Origin: Takakia lepidozioides
Lineage: Eukaryota > Plantae > Bryophyta
Reading direction: 5' to 3'
Length of the DNA stretch: 64,000 bases
Assembly (NCBI GenBank): GCA_030704615.1
Contig: CM060734.1
Location: 21,948,001-22,012,000, forward strand
Part shown: positions 38,519 through 51,239 of the stretch, piece after piece
How the letters are laid out: every line of letters begins with the position of its first letter
Numbering within the stretch: the stretch's first letter is position 1
Made by a program: the position numbers and the translations under genes
The notes under the pieces: model-generated
What the model was told of the DNA's origin: nothing
Database searches by the model: none
The model's input: only the letters and a program-made list of their open reading frames with translations

Positions 38519-41500
38519 ATGAGCCTTCCCATACACCAGCGCCTGCTATGCGGCCATCAGTGGAGGGGTACGAGCGTCCCAAATCTGCGAGCTGTAAGCA
38601 GTTTCTGTCATGGAGGTGGAAGCAGGTGAGAATTCTATTTCGTCTTGCTCTCGTTCACATTGAATCGAATAGATTCTTCGATGTAAGATTATTGTTATTA
38701 TTATTCTTCGTTTCTTTTCTGAGAATCTTCGTCTCGAATTGAAAGATGAAATTTCGTCGGCTGGCTGCTGAGGATTTGGCCTGCTGTAGAAGTACTGCAC
38801 AGCATTGCACACATTTCCGTGCCCTATATGTGGCAGGGCGACTTCCTGTGGCTAAAATCTAGTGCCGGGATTTTTTCAACTTCTTCTGTGTGAATGAGTT
38901 TCGGAGATGAATCATAATTTTCAGGGATAGGCTCGCGCAGTGTTGGAAACGGATATGAGGAAGATGGGTAGGATTTGGATTGCTCGGTATTAGGTCTATC
39001 AATTTGTAGTGACCTGGCGCCGGTTACTTAGAATGTAGCCGCGTGACCACAATGCCGATTTTGCTGTGTCTGAACACATCTTGAGAGGTACCAGGGTTTT
39101 CTAGATCTTACCGGCTGGACTTGTTGTTGCCCCGAGGTTCGAAATTCGGTTTATACGACAATGCTATTGAAATTATAGCTCATGTGAACTGTATAAATTT
39201 GAAGTGATGCAAGTTTCCATTCTGATTTTTTGATATGTTCCTCGAGTCTACTTCTCCTACTTCGGTTCTGTGTTCATTTGAACACCTATAGTTGAGGGCC
39301 TGGCATTTCGCATTTAAGGACTGATGTCAAGTGGTGCTGCTTGGGGCTATTTGGCAATTATGGTGCAAACAGTTCAGTTGGAAAGCATGGAAGTTCAACT
39401 TTCAGAGGACTGCGGATCAGACATTCCTTGGCTGGATCTGGACTTCCCGCAAGTGGCAACCATGGCTGTATTTCAGGGGCGTCCACTGTCTGTGTCAGAT
39501 GTGGAGCTAGTAATGGTGCCTATGCAAGTCAAGACATTACCAATGGCTCAATTAGGATAGGAGGTGTAGAAACCATCTTAGAAGAACGTACTTTTGAGAC
39601 TTTGGTAGCGCAAATCACACCGTCAACAGAGCAGTTTTTTGCTAGTGAGACGGAGGGGGACCCTGACCGTCCATCAGAAGGGTTCTCATCAGTTGCAGAG
39701 GCCCTGGATGTGATCAAGCAAGGGAAGGTATGCTTCTGCTTGGTTCATCTGTTGAATAATATCTCTCACAGTGGGGTCTTCCACTTCCTGCCTGTTGTTG
39801 CTGTCGTGTAGGAGTCTGCCTCTACGATTTCTACTCCAAAATGAACTCCATGTATGCACCTTCTGAGTAGTGGAGATGTGATGACAAAGTTGTACATCAT
39901 TGTGTGGCTGCAGTTTGTGGTTGTGGTAGATGACGAAAACAGAGAAAACGAAGGTGATCTTATAATGGCAGGATCAATGGTAACACCAGAAGCTATGGCT
40001 TTCTTGGTAAAGCATAGCACAGGTATAGTCTGTGTATCCATGAAGGGCGAGGACCTGGATCGCCTCAAGATTCCTCTTATGGTTTCCAGTAGGGAGAATG
40101 AGGAGGCCCTTCTCACTGCCTTTACAGTGTCAGTGGTATGTAACCTACTCAATCTTAACATACATGTAGTATGCATTATTACAAGAAGGTTGAAAATGGT
40201 AATAGATTCCATCTTGCTGGAAAGGGTGCCAATATTAAACCTTTGTCTGCAAAGAGAAGTAAATATTTTATTTGGTTTCTGGTTTCTCGGTGTAAACCAT
40301 TGTCTTTCTACATAAACCAATATCATTTTGGATTGTGCACAATTTTGGTCTAAACTTATAATGTACTTTATTTTTTATAATGTACAGGATGTGAAGGCTG
40401 AAACATCTACAGGAGTTTCAGCTCAGGATCGTTGTAAGACAATCCTTGCTTTGGCTTCCCCAGTCTCAAGGCCTGAGCACTTTCGAAGACCCGGCCATGT
40501 GTTTCCCTTGAGATACAGCGAAGGTGGGAACATCCCAGGTCTTTTCTTGTAAGCAATTATGGAACCTGGTGCCATTCTTCCATGCGTTTTATCATCTTGC
40601 TCCACTGTCAGGCAATGGCTGCTATGATATACCCTCTCTCTCTCGTGCATGGTCCCTCACTATAGCCCAAGAAAAAGTGAGGTGAATGATTCACCCAAGG
40701 TAGATCCATTAAGGTTAACACTTCTCCTTGGGAACATATGTGCACAGGTGGGGTGTTGAAGAGGGCTGGGCACACAGAAGCAGCAATGGATCTAGCAATC
40801 ATGGCTGGGTTACCGCCAGTGGGAGTATTGTGTGAGGTTGTCAATGAGAAGGATGGCTCCATGGCTCGACTGCCACACCTACACCAGTTTGCGAAGACCC
40901 ACAATCTTCCTGTGATCTCAATTGCTGACCTTGTGAGGTAATGTTCAATCTCAATCTGTGTGTGTGTGAGTGAACAGTTGTTGTGGGGGCCCTCTGGACC
41001 TCTGCAAAAGCATTAAAAGAGTCTCGTTGCACCTTCTCTTGCTACTAAAACCCGTGGGCCAAAATCTGAGGCTGAATACTCATATCAGCTGGATGCTATG
41101 GTTAAGTGCTTTCTGGACTAAATCTGGAAAACTAGTATCGACCTCCTTTCTAAAGTCAAAATACCACAACTGGAGGCACAGCATTATGCTAGTGTCCCCC
41201 ATTCTCTATTCTGCCATATTCCCGTTTTCCTCCCTTAACTGATCTGTGGCCAACGGCACTGTCTGTCCTCCCCTCTCTTTTCCTCAGAAAGGCTCCAGAC
41301 AAACCTTTATAAACCATCAACCTCTATCACAATCTTGGCATTCCAAGTAATGCCAGCACTGACAGGGCCAGTGGGTAGAGAAAACACCAAGTGCAGACAG
41401 ACCAGGAGATAGTGGTCATCCGACCACTGTCGCAAGAAAAAGAAGTCCCTAGACAATAGACAGTTGGCTGCTAAGAACAAACAGCTCTCTCTCCAGTCCA

Positions 41501-42842
41501 CCTGGATGTTTTGTGGAATTTACAGATGGTCTTGGTTCACTAATCTACAGGTACAAGCAGAAGAGGGAGAAATTAGTGGAACGGACAGGAGTGGCTCGGC
41601 TGCCTACCAAGTGGGGAAGCTTCAAGGCATACAGCTACCGCTCTAAGCTTGATGGCATCGAACACATGGCCATTGTCAAGGTATCATCCATCATTTCTGG
41701 CTTCTTTCATCGGTTTTTAGTTTCAGTCAGCACTACAGTAGCTGATGCGAGTGGCAATTGGTTGCCTTATTCAATGATCGTCAACAGGAGTAAAAGCATC
41801 TACAGTGCCTTAATATTGTTCATGATGGGGTCACAGATGTGGGTCTGTCCTGGACCGATGAAAGTAGATCGGACTACATCAGACGAGCTTGACAAGCTTG
41901 GATTTATTCACGATAAGAGTTTCGAATGTAGCTGAATCAGGGATAGGGGGAAAACAATATCAGTGTTTGTACTTGATCCCAATATGCTGTATTGATTTCC
42001 ACAGGGCGATATTGGCAATGGGCTGGATGTGTTCGTGAGGGTACACTCTGAGTGTTTGACTGGTGATATTTTTGGTTCCGCTCGCTGTGACTGTGGCAAC
42101 CAACTAGCCCAAGCCATGGCCCGCATTGATAAAGTGGGGAGAGGGGTCCTTGTTTACCTGCGTGGACATGAAGGCCGTGGAATTGGTCTTGGACACAAGC
42201 TTCGTGCCTATAATTTGCAAGATGCAGGCCTTGACACTGTGGAGGCCAATGTCGAACTTGGTCTGCCAATTGATTCCCGCGAGTATGGCATTGGTGCCCA
42301 GGTACGGTGTTGCTAGACAAAGGGAGAGAAGGGGGAACGGGGGACAGGAATTTGGCTGGGCAAAGGTTGGGTGAGGTGAAGCTCTTGTTTTTCCTGTCTC
42401 CTGTATCCGATGTGGAGTTGGGACTGAGCAGAAAGGGGGAGGAAGGAAATGTGGGTGGGAATATGGAAAGTTTAATACCTCAGCGTTGTATTATCTTTTG
42501 ATGGGTTGTTGCTGACAAAGACTTTGACATTTTGAAAATCAAGCAGATATTGAGGGGGAATGGGTGGATGGATGGGTGTGCATGTTGCAGATACTGCGGG
42601 ATTTGGGTGTCCGGACTATGAGTTTAATGACAAATAACCCTTCCAAATACATGGGCCTGAAGGGCTATGGCTTAGCAGTCACAGGCCGCATCCCAGTGAT
42701 ATCTCCCATTACAAAAGAGAACCAGCGCTACCTTGAAACAAAGCGTTCCAAGATGGGTCACATCTATGGCTCTGATCTTCTGGGCTCCTTTGAGGGTCTC
42801 TTACTCCCTAAGGATGGTGAGGATACTGGCGTTGGTGCTTAA
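38519..42842 (+). CDS. RIBA: Bifunctional DHBP synthase / GTP cyclohydrolase II, plastid; exons 38519-38625, 39319-39727, 39914-40135, 40388-40523, 40748-40937, 41551-41680, 42005-42301, 42591-42842
   Basis: [40 protein letters not shown] and RAGHTEA (DHBPS), plus [26 protein letters not shown] and MTNNP (GCHII), all intact. The first exon and first acceptor are less certain. Confidence 0.96.
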
Positions 42843-45800
42843 GGGTAACTAGCGTCAAGTCTTCGTCTCAGGACGAGTGTGGGGCGGTTGGGAGCATTCA
42901 ATTTGGTCGAGTGCAGCGTGACATTTGTTTGCTACGTGCATGTTCACGGGATTTATCTGAGGTCTCTGAGCTATCTGGTGCTGGAACTATGCCTCTTGTG
43001 AAGAGGTGGTTAGTCAAGCTGGCAAGAGAGACCACTCGAGTGCAAACGTTCTGCAAATGGGTGGTGAAGAGGAGTCTCTTAAGGCAGGCTTGAAGCTTCT
43101 CCTCCCTTCACTAACGGTTGTTGTCAGGAAACACCCTTGTGCCATCTGGTTGCCTGAAATGTTGGCCTTTAAAAGGTTGTCAGGTAATGGATGCGGTTGA
43201 AGGTGACGATTTGTGAGTTTTTGGTAGTTTGGTCATGGAATCTTGTTGGGTTCCACTGAACATTTTGTCAAGAGAGATGTATAGTAGGAGCGGAAAGCAT
43301 AGCTGGGAGAAATGGGGGCCTCAACAGACCATGGCCCTTTTTGAGTGTACAATATGGCAAGGACCTTCCTGGGATTCTTGGCTTCATTCTTTCACAGGTT
43401 TTTATATTCCTCATTCATTTCATTTTTTCATTAATGGAAAACAGATTTATCAACTGAGGGGAATTCTCTTCCTGTAACACGTTGTTTGTGGTCTTGACCA
43501 TGTGTGAACTTCTCTTGCAGCATGTCTGTTTTCAGGCACCTCGATAGAAACCTGCAGAGTATGTCGATTATGTTGTGATTAGATGCTAAGGAGCAAGCTT
43601 TTACATCTCCATCGCCTGCATCATAAAACCAGATGTTTCACAATCACACATTGAATCATTCTAGAGTTCTTAGCCTTCTCGGCAAGGGGATCCTCCAAGC
43701 TTCTTGTCCTTAATGTCCCAACTAATGATCTCTTTGATGTCAGGATCTTAGACACAGTTACTGGGACAGCCAATCCAAGACCGGTGTCAGGTCTTGCTTG
43801 GGGTCAGATTAGTCTGCTTATGAAGGAGCCCCCTACCTACTCTGAACTTTGACCTGGGCAAATGGAATTGTTCAAAGTCTATCTCTGTGCACTCCCTTCC
43901 CTGACTCGGTAAATGGAATTATAAGTGGTTGCATTGGTCACATTATTTGGAATGTCATTGGGAAGGCCTTTTGGAGGAAAGGACAGGTCAGTAAAAAGTG
44001 CATTCCTTTGGACATTGCTTAACAGGATTCTCTGTCAATTCTTTGTCAATCATCTTCTGCTTGCTGGTTTTGCTGAATCTCTGGAGCATTCTGTTATTTC
44101 CTCCATTTTTCTGTACCGTGCTGGTTACTGCTCAAGGGATTCTATTTCATGTGGACACTAACTTCCCTGTTGTGCTATGGACTACTATGATAATGCTCGT
44201 CTCTCTGGCTCTTCGGTTTGACGTTGGGGAGGGAAGCCCTTTTGCGATCTATGAGCAAATTAGGCTTTCAGAACATTGTCTCGGACTATGGTGTGCTTTG
44301 AGAAGAGTGGACATCTCGAATCATGTTTGCTTCATACTATGCTCAAATTTGTGTCTTGTGTAAAATCCCGTTGGGCTTCTCCGGAGAAGCAGATGTGATA
44401 TTCTCTTCTCTCTCACTTCACCTTCTGTCCACGCCCAGTTCACAAAGGATTCATCTAGATTTGCTAACGGAGGTGCCAAGGGGTATCTTGTCAACCTTTA
44501 TGCAGATGCTCTCAAGACAACCTCATTAAGGGCTTAGACGGTCGTGGGGATGGACATCATCCTCGGGCACAATCTGGACCTGCTGCCCACGCAGCAGCTG
44601 CAGGAGGTTTGCCCAATCCGTGGCCCTCCACTAGACGAAGACATCAGTTGGCATCCCTGGAAAAACCGCAAAACCAAATTCAGGGCCCATTTCTCCGAGC
44701 CACTCACGAGGAAGCATTAAACATCTGCAGCTCGCTTCTCACCTCTGCCTTCTTGGCTGTTCATACAAGGTTGTCTGCTGGCCTCGCTGTGCCCGTCGGG
44801 TCATGTACCCATCTCCCTGTTGTACGCCTCATGGCACTTGCCAGCAATTCAATTTCGGGGCACCGCCCCGAAATTAGAAAAACAAAAAAACAAAGGATAG
44901 GGGCCATGGTCAGCCTTCCACCATTCTGGCAAGAGTTCTGTCTGCAGTTCTACCGCCAGCCGCTGCACTCTGCACTCACTCAAGATGCCATTGAGTTACT
45001 TCAGGATGTGCAGTTCAATATAATAACAACCAGATAAACACACACATTTGCTGTCATAGAAAGTAAGTAGAGGTGCAGCTTTGATGCTTTATTGAAAGAG
45101 GCTGTCTGGAAAGTCGTGTGTTATGGCGGAGGTTGGCTATCAATGTTGGCAGAGGCCAGGCAGATGTCGAAGGCGGACGGACGAGGCCTCATCTGTTCGT
45201 CTTCACTAGTAATTACTGTGACAGGCTGCATATATACATGTATGTGAGCACGCTGGCATGCAACGGCAACCAATCCACCTGTGGGATCACTGTCCTCGTG
45301 AACACGTACTGGTGCTGTATGTGTAATAAGACGCCAATACAGCGTAGGTATAATATCACAGCCAAACGGTACCACCACAAAATCTTCCACAGGAATGAAT
45401 CAGTCCGTCTAAGCTATGGTTGTGTCATGGTTCGCAGCGGTGGGCGGCATAAGAACTGTTTAACTACAGGACAATGATCTCAGAAGCAGATGCGGGGACA
45501 CATGTTTCATTCAATGACGTGAGCTGACTGAATCAGTCCGAACATTATTCAAAAGATGGCGCCCAAATTCCAATCCAGCCGTTTGCCCACACTGATCCTG
45601 GATTCCTGCCTGCAATCCTCGTTCGCAGATTGCATGTTTGGAGGGAAAAGATCGAGATGGATGATAGGTGAAGACTCGAGACATAGTTAGAGCCTGGCAT
45701 GGCAGAGCTTTGAACAGTCGTGATGAAGACGATTATCGAGTTCATAAAACCACGAGAAGCTCTTGATTGTGCCTGTATTATTGAAACAACACACAGCACA

Positions 45801-46190
45801 TCACCGGTTATGACCTGTCAATGTTGCTATGGTGACCGGTGGTGGACGGTGGGTGTGCTTGAAACGCACGGATAAATAATAAATGTAACCGGTAGTAGCA
45901 GGTTGCGTCATCCTGCCTCCGCCGTCCTTCCCACACGCCGCTCCTTCTTCCCTCTCCTCAGGACTTTACAGTAAGTATCCTCTTCTCTCGCTCGCTACGT
46001 CTCGCTGCCGTCGTAGAGCCCGCAGTATTTGTGTGCTTGTGGGGCTCTTGTCTCTTCCGCGTGTTCAGAGAGAGCTTACAGCCTCGGTTTACATCGTGAG
46101 CCCGTTTTTCAGGTCAGCGAGAGCTCGAGGTGTTACTCGGCAGCGGCATATTTGAGTTGGGCAAAGTAGGGTGAAGGAAAGTCCAGCAGC

Positions 46191-47561
46191 ATGGTGTTGT
46201 CCAGGGCGATGGCGACAGCGGGCTTGGCCATTGCACTAGCAGTGGTGTGCGGGGTGAACTTTGCTGTTGTGGGAGCTGCCCCGCCTCTGCCGGACTGCAA
46301 CAACCAGTTCGCTCAGATGGTGCCATGCATCTCGTTTGTGGAGGGAACTGCGGCAGGCGCCCCTTCCAAGGCCTGTTGTTCCGCTCTTCAGGACGTGAGG
46401 GCACACAGCCCTGTGTGTTTGTGTGAGTTGATTGCTCCTGGAGGCGCCGGAGGTGCCGGAAGTGCCGGAGGAGGTGCGTCTGGGATCAACACCACCTTGG
46501 CGTTGATGCTTCCCGGCTTGTGCAAAGTAGAGGCCAATGCAGGCCACTGCACCGGTAGGTCCTTTCCCCACGTTGATTTTTCCCTAAACTTTTGCTGCCA
46601 TTGTCCTCCTTTGAAGATCTTCCATTGTTTTCTTCTACAACTCTAGATCTATGTGAATTCGCTGTTTTCCTTAGCATTTTGTATCTGAATAGGGAGGGCC
46701 GGAGGATACTTTGAATCTGTACAAAGACAGGCAGGTGTGCCTTTGTGCAGCTGTTCAACAGTCCCCTCTCAAGGCTGTCATGGTTTTGGTTAGTCCAGGC
46801 ACCTCGTGGCAACCATAACTTCGACTAGGAATATGCCGCGTATGAAGTGGCAGCTCGTTTACGTCGTGTTTCCTACACCTTTCCCCGCAGGATGTCCTGC
46901 TTCAGAAACTTGCGACTCCAAGAATGTATGTTGTTCTTGAAGTCTTCTGGCTGAAGGACAACCAATCTGGGTGTGGGTTCCCCGTGCGTTTATGCAAGCA
47001 GCTCGCTCCTGGAGGCGTCTTAACTTGTAATTGTGTGCATGTATATGGCTGCAGCTTTGCTGAACGGAACCCCCATTCCTGCGCCCTCTGCTTTACCAAG
47101 TTCCCCTAAAGGTGTGTTATCTCAAGCTCTCAATCACTTGCCCTGAATGCATTTTTAATCTACCTTTCTGCTGTTTTCCCCTCCTCGATTAACTGGCTAT
47201 TCTTTCCCCTGGGAAGATGCTCTCGCTGCTATTGTGGATATTTTGGGAGATGTACTGACGGATATTCCTGCTAGGCACTAAACTTGTGGAAGCTTGGTTT
47301 GACTTTCCCTCACATGCCATTGTCTTCGATAGTGAGAAACATCGGTGAGAAAGAGAGAAACATCGGTGACATGTTGGTGCTGCTTCCATCACAGGGGAAG
47401 TTCCGGCTGCTGCTGCTGCCAGCGGCCCCTCGACCGCTCCTCCCATCTCCACTGGTGGAACCCCTGGTTCACCATCCAAGGCATCTCCTTCGACTCTGCC
47501 AGCATTTAGTCTGTTGTTGGCAGCTCTGGCAGGCTTGCGGGTTGTCATCCTTGTTCTATAG
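46191..47561 (+). CDS. GPI-anchored non-specific lipid transfer protein (LTPG/xylogen-like); exons 46191-46554, 47395-47561 (a small middle exon is possible)
   Basis: Signal peptide, 8-Cys motif (C..C..CC..CLC..C..C), P/S/A/T-rich stalk and hydrophobic C-terminal GPI-type signal. Confidence 0.9.
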
Positions 47562-48049
47562 AAATCAATGGAGCTGCAAGTTTAACTGGGTTCTCTCATT
47601 GTTTGGAAAGTGTTTTGGTAGTGGTAGAAAGGTCTGGGGTTGGACTCCTTGCTCGATTCCCTTACTCTAGTGTTCAAGAGAAATGTATTGCACCATTGCT
47701 GGGTCTAAGTAAGTACGGCTCTATCCTCTGTGCTACTATCCTGCCCTGGTTAGGTGTTTAAATAACATTGATGTCATTATTTCAGAACAAACCCTTCATA
47801 GAAAATGAGGAAGTATCTGTTGCCTGGTACAAAAAGTTAACATATATAGTAGAGTTCATACAACGTCGCTTTCTTAACTAGTCCACGTATCTATCTTAAT
47901 GTCAACTGAATTCAATGAATTGTGAAGTTATATCCTAGTTATGAACTCTTTAGAAACTGTCAACATATTGGTGATTGATATCATGGCATAAAGGATAAAG
48001 CTGACTCCGTTAGCAGGAAGTGCAAGCCACAAAATTCAACCTGTATCGG

Positions 48050-48903
48050 AAGTTCCACAGTAGTACACATGGGCCAAGTAAGTTATGGTAAGTTATTGTA
48101 AGTTGTGGCAACTATCTTTCCTAGCAACGTTAGCTCGGAAGGAGTGTGGATAATGTCTGTGGCACCTCGAGATCGACTGAAACTTCGGCCTTTTCATGGA
48201 CAGCTTGTAACAGATCTTGCCAGTCAATGGCAACCTCATTTGATCGCCCCGGGAAGTGCAAAGTATGCCTCCAGGGAGTCCCGAACACCTTAGAACAGTG
48301 TTTTTTCTCGTCCACTTTTGCTTGCCAGATTTCTCGCCCCTTGGGCATTAGCTTAACTCTGTCTGCCATTTATTGAATCTGGGTAACGGTCATCAGCCTT
48401 GGAGTAAGTGCCAGATCTGGTCATGCACGGGCCTTTCATTCCTTGGAGCATCTGGTTACGTAGATGTGATAAGTAGTTACTAGTTACCTCTTCTCTCTTC
48501 TCTCTTCTCTCTCCGCTCCTTCCATCCACCCTAATCTTCATTTATTACGATCTTATAACTGAGGCTTGGGGGCCCGGTGCTGACAGCTTTAGCCCAGGTG
48601 CTCTCAAAGCAATCGAACCAACATTAAAGGCTTCCACGTTTGGAGGGAGCGGAGAGCCATTCTCTGCTCCAGGTAAGTTATTCGGACTCTGGGCACAATC
48701 TGGGCACCTCCAGCCCACCAACGGTTGGAGGCTGGCCCATCTCGTCACCTTCACTGCTGAAGACATTAATGTTTCGTCTGCCTTCGAAGTTCGGGCTGGG
48801 CTGAGGTTCTGCTCCCGCTACTGCCTGATTTTATGTTGGGGGATGCCTATTTATTGACTGGCTCCTCCTTACAAAGGAGACTACAGATCAGCGTCAAAAA
48901 AAA
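48050..48903 (+). mobile_element. Old L1 3' fragment (zf-RVT remnant)
   Basis: FSWTACNR...CKVC...TLEQCFF resembles the L1 C-terminal CCHC finger, with an A-run near 48896. Confidence 0.45.
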
Positions 48904-49568
48904 GATGCCACATTAAACCTGTACTGAATGTACTTCCAAGTTCCCTTGGTAAAAAAGCCTTTATTAAATTCTGAATTATTTATATCGTTTTTTTAAAAGA
49001 TAGAAGGATGCCAGACCACTTTTAGACTTAAGTGGAAGAACAAGTTGCATATAGCAATAAAAGATCTAATAGTTTATTTTTAATCATTTTTTAGTTATTT
49101 TTAGTATTCATCTTTTTAGTCATAACTTAAATTAGAATCATTAAAAGTTATATTACTGTACGAATTAAATCAACGCATATTTACTATTAAAATAATAATC
49201 AAAATAATCAAAATTTAACTTTTATACAACCACTCACTTGTAATTACACAATGCTCTTAAACATGTAACAATCAGGTATATTATATATTATATATATATA
49301 TATTCAAAAATCTATCACACAACATTGAGTCTCACTTTCATTTTTTAAACATCTAAAGATTGGACATGCAACAATCTGATTCTAAGTATTTCAATCTATT
49401 TTTTCTTTCTATTGTAATTAATTAAGAGAGTCGGACTATAGGCAACATTGTCAAAAACTGTGAAAGATGTAGAGAAATGTTGGAAGAGGCTAAGCGAGAT
49501 CATGAGAGACTTGAAAATTCTAAAAGCAAAGAATATTTCCTAAGGGAAATAGAAAAAATATGAACTAC

Positions 49569-49759
49569 TATAATAAATGTATCAACTTTGATTATTATAT
49601 TTATGAATCACATACTATTTATTGGTATGTACAGACAAAATTGGTAGGTTGTCATCATTTATTATAATTAAAATAAAACTTTATTTTCGATAAACGTTCA
49701 TACATCCATTTGTAATGCACCGACATCCTTTTTTGAAATAAACCTTTACGTGTTAGTAC
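49569..49759. repeat. ~190-bp direct repeat, left copy
   Basis: tataataaatgtatcaactttgat...atttgtaatgcaccgacatc...gttagtac recurs at 50922-51108. Confidence 0.9.
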
Positions 49760-49789
49760 TTGTGATAAAAATAGAAAAATAGTAAGATA

Positions 49790-50900
49790 TATATTATTAT
49801 TTATAACTGCCATTAGAACTCCTTAGGACTGCTATAAAGAATCCTAAGAGGGGGAAAATGGAAATATATAAATTATTATTTATAATTGCCTTGAAGACAC
49901 CTACGAGGGGGAAAATACAAATATATACGTGATTATTTATAATTACCCTTAGAATTTCTTAGGACAGTCTAAGGAGTCCTAAGAGGAAAAAAATGGAAAG
50001 ACATAAATATTTGCCCTTAAGACCTGTTTAGGCAGCCTAAGGGGTTATAAGAAGGGGAGAATGGAAACATATAAATTAATATCTATAATTACCCTTAGTA
50101 AGAAGGAAAAAATTGAAAGATGTAAATTATTATTTATAATTGCCCTTAGGACTCTTTAGGGCAGCCCTAAGGAGTCCTAAGAGGGAAAAATGGAAATTTA
50201 TAAACTAATATTTATAATTACCCTTAGGATTCCTTAGGACTGCCCTAAGGAGTCCTAAGAGAGGGGAAAATAAAAACATATTTATAATTACCCTTAGGGC
50301 TTCATAGGACAGTCCTAAGATGAGAAAATGGAAAGACATAAATAATTGTCCTTAAGACCAGTTTAGGGCCGCCCTAAGGAGTCCTAAGAAGGGGAAAATT
50401 GAAAGATGTAAATTACTATCTATAATTGCCCTTAGGACTCCTTAGGGCGGCCCTAATGAGTCCTAAGAGGGGGAAAATAAAAATATAAAAATTATTATTT
50501 ATAATTGCCCTTAGGACTACTTTAGGCCGCCCTAATGAGTCCTAAGAGGGGGGAAAATAAAAACATATAAATTATTATTTATGATTACCCTTATGATTTC
50601 TTAGGACTGTCCTAAGGACTCCTAAGAGGAGAAAAATGGAAAGACATAAATAATTGCCCTTAAGACCCATTTCGACAACCTAAGGGGTTATAAGAGGAGG
50701 AAAATAGAAACATATAAACTATTATCTATAATTGCCTTTAGGACTCTTTAGGGTCGCCCTAAGGAGTCCTAAGGGCAAATATAAGTAATAATTAGGACTC
50801 TTTAGGGCCGCCCTAAGGAGAGGGGAAAATAGAAAGATGTAAATTGTTATGTTTGATTGCTCTTAGGACTCATTAGGGTGGCCCTAAGGAGTCCCACGGG
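49790..50900. repeat. Tandem array of ~16 units (~50-80 bp), each with a 37-bp palindrome
   Basis: Consensus aattattatttataattgcc-CTTAGGACTCCTTAGGGC-n-GCCCTAAGGAGTCCTAAG-aggggaaaat. Variant units recur at ~50005, 50341 and 50649. Confidence 0.93.
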
Positions 50901-50921
50901 AAATAAAAATAAAAAAAGTAT

Positions 50922-51108
50922 TATAATAAATGTATCAACTTTGATCATTACATTTAAGAATCACATGTACTATTTATTGGTATGTACCGACAAAATTTGT
51001 AAGTGACACCATTTATTACGGTTAAAACAAGATTTTGTCCTCAACGTTCATACAACTATTTGTAATGCACCGACATCTATTTTTAAATAAACCTTCATGA
51101 GTTAGTAC
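50922..51108. repeat. ~190-bp direct repeat, right copy
   Basis: Diverged copy of 49569-49759 bracketing the palindrome array. Confidence 0.9.
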
Positions 51109-51239
51109 CTATTCTGTCAAATAAATAATAACAACTTTTCATTCTGTTTTATCCAATTATTTTATTTTTCATTCATTGTTTTTAGACTCCACATCATTTT
51201 TTTCCCAAAAACGAGGATCATTTTCTTCTCTTTCTACCA

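Noticed and set aside
49790-50900. CRISPR array (palindromic repeats with spacers)
   Set aside because: The spacers are homologous to each other rather than unique, the repeats are degenerate, there are no cas genes, and the context is eukaryotic.
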